Virus record (IMG/VR): IMGVR_UViG_3300022879_000005
Span: 1 to 51,089 of that record
Length of the DNA: 51,089 nt
Strand: one strand, 5' to 3'
From: a virus
Taxonomy: Duplodnaviria; Caudoviricetes
Under the pieces are notes generated by a model. It saw only the letters and a list, made by a program, of their open reading frames with translations, searched no databases and was not told where the DNA came from. The number at the start of each line of letters is the position of its first letter. Within the stretch, counting starts at the first letter, position 1. A program made the translations under genes and the position numbers. Shown one piece after another: positions 26,263 through 33,964 of the stretch.

Positions 26263-27894
26263 TTATGGCCGGACGGCGTATTGCTGCGCTTCGGTGACAC
26301 GGTTGGTGCCGTCGTAGCAGAGCCAATGTTTGATATCCATTTTGTCGAATGGACGGGTAGCGTTTGCGTCAATCTTGGCCTTGTAGCTCAGGCCATCCAG
26401 CTCCGCGCTCGGCTGCAGCCAACCGGCCGATTCCAACGACGCAAAGAAGGTTTTCAGGAACTTGGTCATTTCAGTGATGGCTTCGGCCATTGGCTTCTGC
26501 AGGAAGCCCTGCGCAGCTGCTGCAATGGTGTCATCCACGTAGCTGGCCATTTCGGCCACGGCCATCAGCTTGGTGGCGCCTTCGGTCTGTGCACCGGTCA
26601 GGGAGTCGACCCAGGCATATTTCCCGCCCGTGGTGTAGTCGCGGAAAATAACCGGGTTGATACGGGCCTCGGCCAGCACTTCGAGGTCGATTTCTTCATC
26701 CAGGTCGAATACCTGGGTGATGCTGGTGCGGTTGACCGCATAGTCATCGCCAGCCACCGGGCGATTTCGGGGAGCAATGCCCTTGGCGTTGGTCTTGGCG
26801 TTCCGCGCGCAGCGCAGGCCGGCCTGCATGCCAGAGGTGCCGAAAATCGCCTTGCCGCCCACCACGGGGTTTTGCGCGCTCAGCGGCGCCCAATAGGCCT
26901 GGCTGTAGAGGCTATTGGTATCGCCGCCAACAGAGGCGTAGAAGGTCGCGGCCGCTTCCGGGGTCAGGCGCCCAGGAACATCCCACAGCACTTGGCGGTT
27001 GAGGGTTTTACCCAGCGCGAGCAGGCGCGAAATCAGGGCGACGTTCTCGGTACCGCCACTGCACAGGTAAGTGAAAGTCGGGCGCGAACGCTTGATGCGA
27101 TCCAGAGCTGCGTCCAGATCGGAGGTGGTGTAGACCTGGGCACCTTCGGTGAAGTACTTCAACGTCTTGCTGGCGTACAGGTCCTTGCCGTCCTTGCGAC
27201 CGTAGAAGGTGCAAGTAACGGGCACGGTCGCGCCGTCTTTGACAGAGACAACCTGCAGCAGGTCGGTGCTCTGCGAGACGATATCGCCGATGTAGTAGCT
27301 CTTCTGGAACTCGTCCAGGGCGTTCACATCAAGCGAGCCTTTGAATGGCCCCAGGATGATCGAGTTGTCGATTACGTCGCGCAGCTGCAAGGTGATGATC
27401 TTGCTTTCAGCTGGCACGCCACCGGCGCCTTTGGCCGCGTCCGCGTGGATCTCGGCGATAACACCGTCGGAGAAGCATTCCAGGTGCTTGATGGCGATCA
27501 AATAGGCGCCAGTGGGGCCGGTTTGCTCGTCCGCCATGGCCCATTCAGTGCCCGCTGCAGTTGCGGCGGTGGCCACCATCAGCTTGTTGCTCGAACCAGT
27601 GGCGACCAGGCGCGAAACGATGGCCTGCACGGTACCGGCCTTGAGAGCCTCATGGATATGCACGGCGGGCTCGGACAAGGCACTGACGGTCAGCGATGCA
27701 GTCTGGCCCAGGGTGCGCTTGAAACGCCCCTGGGTGACAGCAAACACCTTGTCGGTGCGGCCGCGCGGGAAGCGACCAACGATAGCGATGTTGTGCGCTA
27801 CGGTGCTGGTGCTGGGCTGCTCAGACTGGTCAATGATGTTGTTGACCTGAACGCCAGAACGCTTGCCAACTTGTCGGGAAAAGACCTGGCTCAT
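26263..27894 (-). CDS. tail sheath protein (P1 gp22-like)
   Basis: VGRFPRGRTDK.F.V...L...RINPV...DSLT...GTNR; 543 aa. Confidence 0.85.
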   Translation of the reverse strand: MSQVFSRQVGKRSGVQVNNIIDQSEQPSTSTVAHNIAIVGRFPRGRTDKVFAVTQGRFKRTLGQTASLTVSALSEPAVHIHEALKAGTVQAIVSRLVATGSSNKLMVATAATAAGTEWAMADEQTGPTGAYLIAIKHLECFSDGVIAEIHADAAKGAGGVPAESKIITLQLRDVIDNSIILGPFKGSLDVNALDEFQKSYYIGDIVSQSTDLLQVVSVKDGATVPVTCTFYGRKDGKDLYASKTLKYFTEGAQVYTTSDLDAALDRIKRSRPTFTYLCSGGTENVALISRLLALGKTLNRQVLWDVPGRLTPEAAATFYASVGGDTNSLYSQAYWAPLSAQNPVVGGKAIFGTSGMQAGLRCARNAKTNAKGIAPRNRPVAGDDYAVNRTSITQVFDLDEEIDLEVLAEARINPVIFRDYTTGGKYAWVDSLTGAQTEGATKLMAVAEMASYVDDTIAAAAQGFLQKPMAEAITEMTKFLKTFFASLESAGWLQPSAELDGLSYKAKIDANATRPFDKMDIKHWLCYDGTNRVTEAQQYAVRP

Positions 27895-28310
27895 TTGTTC
27901 TCCTTGGCCGAAACGGCCGCTTGAGTGGCTTGCGCGGCCGCGGTGGCCTTCGCCTTGGCGGAAGTGGTCACCGCTGGCTGATCTGCAGGGGCCTCGCTTA
28001 CAGCGGCGCTTGCTTCTTCGCTGGCGCTGTCAGTCACCACCGCGTAATCCACTGCATCGTTACCGGCAATGGCGGCGTACTCGCTCAGGTCAGTAACCAG
28101 CAGCCAGGCCTGATCAAAGCTCTTCACTTTCACCTGGTGGGGCTTGTTGGGCTCCAGCGCGGCGTTGATGCCGCTCGATGGCAGCACCAAGGGAAATTCG
28201 TTTTTGTGGGTCAGGAACACCACCAAAGGAAATTCCTGGCCTTCGGGGGCCAGCTGCTCGACAAGGGCGCGGGGCTCCTTACCGGAATTGCGATCAATCT
28301 GTACTTTCAT
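27891..28310 (-). CDS. virion-associated hypothetical protein
   Basis: Coupled gene between capsid and sheath. Confidence 0.65.
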   Translation of the reverse strand: MKVQIDRNSGKEPRALVEQLAPEGQEFPLVVFLTHKNEFPLVLPSSGINAALEPNKPHQVKVKSFDQAWLLVTDLSEYAAIAGNDAVDYAVVTDSASEEASAAVSEAPADQPAVTTSAKAKATAAAQATQAAVSAKENK

Positions 28311-28947
28311 GTGCCACCTGTAGGCCTCGAACGTTGTCCCACTTGTCCAGTCGGGCAGAGCCGCGCCAAGACTTCGCGAGCTTGGAAAACTGCTGTTCGG
28401 TCACTTCCAGCTCTAACGAGCCATCCACCGGAATGCCTTGGCCCAGCACCACGATCCGGCTGGCGGTGTGGTTGGTCAGGGTCAGGGTGGCGGGGAATTC
28501 GTCGATGGCTGGCAGTGACCACGAGCCCAAAATTACAGGGCTGGAGAGGCCGTTTTCGGCGGGGGTTTGCGCGGTTTCCAGGCTCAGCGGGTCGCCGTCG
28601 CCTGCGCTGTTTTGGTCATCGCCGACGGTCAAGGAATCACCGGTACCGGGGGCCTTGTCATCCCCATCAGCGCCAGCGTTGCTACCTGGCGGCGTCAGCA
28701 TCTGCGCCACCAGCGACCTGGTGAGCACCATTTGGTGAGGCACTGGCGCCAGCGCCGTGAACGCCTGCTCGCTCGATGCGAGGCCATCACCAGGACCTTT
28801 CGTTTCTGTGCCTGCAGCACCCGCGGCCGGCGCAATGCCGGCCGTTGCCTGGGCCTCAGTGGACTGCGCCGCAGCGCCGTCCACCTTGTCGCCCGCGGGT
28901 GCTGCCGCCACAGCCTTGGCTTTCGCCTTGGTTGCTTTGGCAGTCAT
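28294..28947 (-). CDS. virion-associated hypothetical protein (disordered N-terminus)
   Basis: Immediately after the capsid gene; C-terminal FP..L.LTN domain resembles the next gene. Confidence 0.65.
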   Translation of the reverse strand: MTAKATKAKAKAVAAAPAGDKVDGAAAQSTEAQATAGIAPAAGAAGTETKGPGDGLASSEQAFTALAPVPHQMVLTRSLVAQMLTPPGSNAGADGDDKAPGTGDSLTVGDDQNSAGDGDPLSLETAQTPAENGLSSPVILGSWSLPAIDEFPATLTLTNHTASRIVVLGQGIPVDGSLELEVTEQQFSKLAKSWRGSARLDKWDNVRGLQVAHESTD

Positions 28948-28956
28948 AAAGCCCCC

Positions 28957-30636
28957 TTACGCGGCGATAACGTTTTTGATGGTCAGCAGGGCGCAGCCCA
29001 TGGCCGATGGCTTGTGCGGGTTGATCTCGGTCAGGTTGCGGCTATACAGCGCAGCGCCAGACTTGAGGTCGGAACCCACAGCAATCGGGATCAGGGTTTG
29101 CGGTACCGCGTCCGAGAAGACCACCGGGTTACGCGCCACCTGGGCGGAACGACCGACACACAGAATCTCGATATCGGTGTCGGTTTCCTCGACGACGTAG
29201 GGGTCGTAGTACACGTCGTACTTGCCCTTGTACTTACCGATACGCCAGAAACCGGCTTTGGCGGATACGCCGGAGACAACGAAATCGGTGGAATCCATCG
29301 ACAGGAACTGCGACATACCGATATCGCCGACGTACCAGATGTTCAGGCCGAACTCCATGGTCTGGTTGGCGACTTCCTGGTCCACCTTGGCGGCGAACGA
29401 ACCGAAGTCGCGCCACACCGCGGCCCGGGTTTTGCTGACCAGTTGCGCGCCGGCATCGAAGTCGTATTCGCGGTTGGTGCGCTTAGCTACACGCTTGAGC
29501 TTGCGCAGTGCGGCGATATAACGCTCGTTGGCGGCCTGGGTGCGCGCGGCCTGCACGGCAATGGTCAGACCGTCGGCGCCCAGTTCCGACTGGGTTTGAG
29601 TACGGCTGTCAGGGGTAATCTGCATCAGCACGCGGCTTGGGGCGCAATACAGGCTCCAGCTTTGGGCCTTGGTGTTGATATGCGGCGTCAGGTCAGGCTT
29701 ACGCTCGAAGTCGACGAACGCCTGCACTTCCGGGTAGGCGCTGGCCGGCAGGGCCGGACTGAATGCCAGGGAGCCTTCACCGGTATCGATGTTCACACTA
29801 CCGGTCACGGTGTAGGGGGTACCGGTATCACTGAAGTACTGGCCAGCGATCTGGTTGATGGAGGTACCACCATCGACTTCTACAGCGGCCTGCAGGCCGT
29901 CAACGAACACGCGGGTGCGGCCGCGCAGGATTGGTACCGCAGCGCCCTCGCCGCCGATACGGGCGGTAACCTTGAACGTCCCGGTGGCTCGATCGCCAGC
30001 CATGGCCACGTCCAGAATACGCTCGGAACGGGTGTAGGCCTGGCCACCACCAGTACCGTCCAGGATCTTGCCCTGGGTATAGCCGCCGAAGTCCGAACCC
30101 GCGATCGCGCTGATGATGGCCAGCTTCGATTCGTTGGAGTTCAGGTCCGAAGGCAGGTAAGCGCCGAACGGAATGCCCTCAGCCAGGCCGCCAGTGATCG
30201 CAACCGCGATACGGTTTGGCTGGTGGGACAGCGGAGTCGACTGGTTGTTGCTGCTGATGCTGTCCAGGGTGTAGCCATCGGGCAGCACATGGGTGTTGGA
30301 GCCGTCAGCGACGTTCTCGGCCTGGGAGATAACTGCGTCGATCAGGGCTGCGTCAGGCATATGGCCGTTGCGGTGCTGATAGCGGGCGATACCGTCCAGC
30401 AGGCTGTGCACGGCCTGGCCGCGTGCAGCGTCACCGTCGATCTTGTCGAGCAGGGCGGCCATACGAGCCGGCAGGAGCTTGGTGGCATCGGCCACGGATT
30501 CTTTGATTACGCTGACAGCGGCCGCGTTGGTGCTGTCCAGCATGTTCCCATCTTCACGGGCCGCGCCCACCAGGGCGTCGATTTTGGACTCGGTGTCTTC
30601 AAGACCCCGGCCAGGCGCGTAAATGTGTCGTGGCAT
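28957..30636 (-). CDS. major capsid protein (P1 gp23-like)
   Basis: AGSDFGGY..G..LD, VPILRGRTRVFV and DAVP blocks match recalled P1 gp23; GAGG RBS. Confidence 0.88.
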   Translation of the reverse strand: MPRHIYAPGRGLEDTESKIDALVGAAREDGNMLDSTNAAAVSVIKESVADATKLLPARMAALLDKIDGDAARGQAVHSLLDGIARYQHRNGHMPDAALIDAVISQAENVADGSNTHVLPDGYTLDSISSNNQSTPLSHQPNRIAVAITGGLAEGIPFGAYLPSDLNSNESKLAIISAIAGSDFGGYTQGKILDGTGGGQAYTRSERILDVAMAGDRATGTFKVTARIGGEGAAVPILRGRTRVFVDGLQAAVEVDGGTSINQIAGQYFSDTGTPYTVTGSVNIDTGEGSLAFSPALPASAYPEVQAFVDFERKPDLTPHINTKAQSWSLYCAPSRVLMQITPDSRTQTQSELGADGLTIAVQAARTQAANERYIAALRKLKRVAKRTNREYDFDAGAQLVSKTRAAVWRDFGSFAAKVDQEVANQTMEFGLNIWYVGDIGMSQFLSMDSTDFVVSGVSAKAGFWRIGKYKGKYDVYYDPYVVEETDTDIEILCVGRSAQVARNPVVFSDAVPQTLIPIAVGSDLKSGAALYSRNLTEINPHKPSAMGCALLTIKNVIAA

Positions 30637-30694
30637 TCGTGTTACCTCGTTGCTGAATAAGGGCTGCGCCCGTAGTGGTGGCGTTTCAGCAACG

Positions 30695-30736
30695 ATGGTA
30701 AGTGTCAAAAAACCCCCGAATTTCGGGGGGTTTGCG
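30695..30736 (-). promoter_or_regulatory. late promoter 3 (CGCAAAC-N29-TACCAT); spacer is a terminator hairpin
   Basis: Fixed spacing; CCCCCGAA-A-TTCGGGGG hairpin plus T tract. Confidence 0.8.
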
Positions 30737-30745
30737 CCGTTTTAG

Positions 30746-33700
30746 CTATTTGCTCAGGACGATCAGGCGGGCGTTTGCGCTGGTTTGCGCCAGCAGTGCG
30801 TTGTCCTGGAATGTGCCCGCGTCCAGGGGCTCAACATCGGCGCCGTGCACGTCCAACCACTCACGGAAAGCGACCGCTTTTTGGTCTTTGCCGAAGAACA
30901 CGCCCTCCCCTGCGATCGCCGCTAGAGTCCCGCCGCTGGCCAGCATCCCGAAGGCGCGCATGATGTGCGCAGCATCCTGGCGGTTGCTGAATGGCGGGTT
31001 CATTAGGATGGCGTCATAGGGCTTATCAGGCGTGAAGCCGTCAAAGTCGTGATCCACCACGCTGTACCCCTTGGCGGTCAGAATGTCGCGCAGCTGGCTC
31101 GATATCTCGATCACATCGACCTGGCCACCCTCGGCCTTGGCAGCGTCTGCCAGGTTGCCGTTGCCGGCGCTCGGCTCCAGTACGCGCATGCCCTCCCGGA
31201 TCTTGGCCAGGCGCGCCATGCGCTGGGCGACGTGCGCCGGCGTTGGGAAGAAGTCGATGCCGACCTTCTGCCCGATAATGGCCCGCTCGGCCTTCTTCAC
31301 TGGGTCTTCTTCTGCTTTCTCCACCAGGTGGGGAATCAGCTCGCGCACTGCAGCGTCCAGGCTTTGCTTGTCGGTGATCCCCATACGCGCCAGGCGCTCG
31401 ACACGGGCGATACGCTCCATGGGGTCTTCCATATGCCAGCCACCTTTGATGCCCTTGAGCGCGGCCGCGGCCTTGCGCGTGAGGGCAATATTCACCGCAC
31501 CCAGGTCAACCCGCTCGGGACCGTTGCCCAGCTTGGCCAGGGCGGCGATCAGCCTGCTATTCCCCTTGGCGGCATGCTGGGCGAGGGTTTTGGCGGCAGC
31601 GCTGTAACGGTTGCTCCAAGACCAAGGGTGCGGGAAGGCCATAAATCTGAAATCGTTGTCTTCAAACGGGCGCCCGCGGCGCCCTGAGCGCTCATTGCTG
31701 GCCAGCTTGCTGTCTGCGTCGTACATGGCCAGGCGCATGATCCGTTGCAGTTCATCGAGCTGGGCACGGCTCGACAGCTTGGCCAGCGCACCACCCGCGC
31801 CGGCCTCAATCGCGTCCGCTACACGGTGCAGGGTCTTGGCCACGGCCTTATTTGTCTCGGCGCTCTCGATCGCGTAGCCAGCCTCTCGGGCACGCTTGGC
31901 TGTATTGGTCTTGCGATCGGCATTCAGGCTGGCATCAGCCTTGTCCAAGGCGTTGTCGGCCACCTGGCGCAGTTTGCCCACTTGGCTGGCCAGGGCCTGC
32001 TGGGCGCGCTCCTCTGCCAGGCGCTGAGCGGTGGCCGCGGCCTCGGCCTGCTGCTCGGGCGTCATCACCACCGGCGCCGGCGCGGCCTGGATATGCGAAG
32101 TGTCGCCGCCCAGGTGCTTTTCCCGGATGAAGTAGCCCCCGTTCATCCTCCAGGTGTATGGGTCGATTGCCTTGGCCTGATCCAGGCTGAGGTCTGTGCG
32201 AATGATGCCGCGCAGTACTTTCCCCTTCCTGGTGTTGTATTCGACGATTTCCGGTACCGGCGCCGCTGGCGCTGGGTCAGCATGGACAGGCTCGCGCTCT
32301 ACTGCAGGGGCGGCCGCGGGCTCAGCAGCCGGGGCGCGTTGGGTCTGGACGCGCTTGGAAAGGTGCGCCTCGGCATATTCGCGCAGGTACGCCAGGTACC
32401 CTTCCCGGTTGTTGGAGACGCGCCCCGCCTTAGCCTCGTATTCGCCCACGCGGATACCCGCCCAGCCCAGGAACCCGGCGTTGCCTTCCTCGAATGTGGG
32501 CAGCGTCTCCAGGGTGTCCAGATACGCCTGGTAAACCGGGTTTTCCACCACGCCAGCGCCGATGGTCTTGGCGAAGTCTTCGCGCTGCTCGGCCTCACGC
32601 TCGGCGCGGATACGCTCAACCTCTGCGGCCTCGGCCGCGGCCTGCTGGGCGGCCTCCTGGCGCTCGCGCTCGGGCGCTGCAGCACGCTCTGCCTCGTCGA
32701 CCACGTTCTGGGTTTTGCGGTCAGCGATCGCCTGTTGTTCGTCCTGGTAGGCCTGCGCATCATCGGCGCTTGCGTCCTCACCGAACACAGCCCGGAACTT
32801 CTCGGGTCCCCACTCCCGCGCCATGATGCCCTTGAGGTCGACCACATCGCGCGCCACGCCAGAAGACTTGCCTTCGTAGGTAACGGACGCGCCGCCGCCC
32901 ATGGCGCCGTGCTCATACACAACTGCGCCGCTGGCCAGCTGCTGGGCGCTGGTCGGCACGAACTCGGCCAGGCGGGCCTTGGCTTTGGGGAAAATGACGC
33001 CATCAGCGGTCTGGGCCACCTTGAGCCCGTCGAACGTGGCCGCGGCATACGCCGCCAGCGCCCCCGGGTCGCCGCTGACCAGGACAGAACCGTTTTTCTG
33101 CACCTGCAGGCCGGTGGCCAGCGCCTGGGGCTGCTCAAATGCCTCGGGCTCGTCATCGTCCAGGAACAGGTTCAGCACCATCATGGCGCCAGCAGAATCG
33201 AGCATGACACTCTCGGCGTCATGACTTACACTTGGGTTGAGCCAATGCCCTGAATAGTGATCAGGGGAACCTTGGTTCTCTAAGGCGATGATCTTAGGTT
33301 CAACCGGACGCCCTGAATTGTGATCAGGGGTTCTTCCGGTCGAATCGAGCATCGCCTTTTCTTTTGCCGCTTCGATAAGCAGGTCGTAGTAGAGCTGGCC
33401 TTTGTCATCCTGCTCGACTACTACCCGCACCGGGATCTGCTCGTCGGCCAGCGTGACCAGGCTCTGCAGGTAGTAATAGGCCAGGGCCGAACCCTTTTTG
33501 TCCTGCTTGTGGTTATCGCTGCGGCTCGCCACCTTCGCCGATTCGATGATCTGCACAATGGCATGCAGCAATTTCAGCTTTTTGGGGTTGCCACTGAATG
33601 CCAGGCTTTCCTTGATCCCGCGCTGGCGGATTTCGACCTTGGCGCCCAGCGCCGGGCAGTTCACCAGCTGGCCACGCAGGCCCTCCAGGTGGGTTTTCAC

Positions 33701-33964
33701 CGCGGCGCGCAGCGACTTCTTACCCTCCGGCGTGTCGGGAAACTCCCCCAGTTCGGTACCGGACACATTCACGGCCGGCGCTGCTGCAGGCGCCACCGGC
33801 GCCCCCAGCAATACACGTAGCTCCAGCGCCCGGGCACTGGCCCGCACCTGCTCCAGGGGCGACAGCGCGCCCGATTCAAGCTGTGCACGCACAGTGAGCA
33901 GCTCGGCAGACAGGCGCACGCGCTCGATCGGCGCCAGCACGGCCGGTTCGTTCAAGTTACTCAT
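30746..33964 (-). CDS. polyvalent protein: duplicated leader + LPD3 domain + linker + C-terminal amino-methyltransferase
   Basis: FFPTP, VLEPSAGNG and ILMNPPF MTase motifs; N-terminal LPD3-like block (I...GIKES...YYY.....YYD). Confidence 0.85.
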   Translation of the reverse strand: MSNLNEPAVLAPIERVRLSAELLTVRAQLESGALSPLEQVRASARALELRVLLGAPVAPAAAPAVNVSGTELGEFPDTPEGKKSLRAAVKTHLEGLRGQLVNCPALGAKVEIRQRGIKESLAFSGNPKKLKLLHAIVQIIESAKVASRSDNHKQDKKGSALAYYYLQSLVTLADEQIPVRVVVEQDDKGQLYYDLLIEAAKEKAMLDSTGRTPDHNSGRPVEPKIIALENQGSPDHYSGHWLNPSVSHDAESVMLDSAGAMMVLNLFLDDDEPEAFEQPQALATGLQVQKNGSVLVSGDPGALAAYAAATFDGLKVAQTADGVIFPKAKARLAEFVPTSAQQLASGAVVYEHGAMGGGASVTYEGKSSGVARDVVDLKGIMAREWGPEKFRAVFGEDASADDAQAYQDEQQAIADRKTQNVVDEAERAAAPERERQEAAQQAAAEAAEVERIRAEREAEQREDFAKTIGAGVVENPVYQAYLDTLETLPTFEEGNAGFLGWAGIRVGEYEAKAGRVSNNREGYLAYLREYAEAHLSKRVQTQRAPAAEPAAAPAVEREPVHADPAPAAPVPEIVEYNTRKGKVLRGIIRTDLSLDQAKAIDPYTWRMNGGYFIREKHLGGDTSHIQAAPAPVVMTPEQQAEAAATAQRLAEERAQQALASQVGKLRQVADNALDKADASLNADRKTNTAKRAREAGYAIESAETNKAVAKTLHRVADAIEAGAGGALAKLSSRAQLDELQRIMRLAMYDADSKLASNERSGRRGRPFEDNDFRFMAFPHPWSWSNRYSAAAKTLAQHAAKGNSRLIAALAKLGNGPERVDLGAVNIALTRKAAAALKGIKGGWHMEDPMERIARVERLARMGITDKQSLDAAVRELIPHLVEKAEEDPVKKAERAIIGQKVGIDFFPTPAHVAQRMARLAKIREGMRVLEPSAGNGNLADAAKAEGGQVDVIEISSQLRDILTAKGYSVVDHDFDGFTPDKPYDAILMNPPFSNRQDAAHIMRAFGMLASGGTLAAIAGEGVFFGKDQKAVAFREWLDVHGADVEPLDAGTFQDNALLAQTSANARLIVLSK
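33204..33232 (+). promoter_or_regulatory. intragenic antisense sigma70 promoter (ATGACA-17-TACACT)
   Basis: 5/6 match at -35, 4/6 at -10, 17-bp spacer. Confidence 0.6.
33238..33366 (+). ncRNA. candidate structured antisense RNA with two repeat hairpins
   Basis: Two GCCCTGAAT[A/T]GTGATCAGGGG units 63 nt apart, each on a different lower stem; closing AAGGCGATG/CATCGCCTT stem followed by a U tract. Confidence 0.55.

Noticed and set aside
25768-30660. Long plus-strand ORFs (718 aa and 697 aa)
   Set aside because: Antisense shadows of the sheath and capsid genes, expected in high-GC DNA; no recognisable motifs.
33247-33330. Two 21-bp palindromic repeats 63 bp apart read as a mini-CRISPR array
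   Set aside because: Only two short repeats and no cas genes in the window, and the intervening sequence pairs with the flanks. Reported as a structured RNA instead, though a crRNA-mimic role is not fully excluded.
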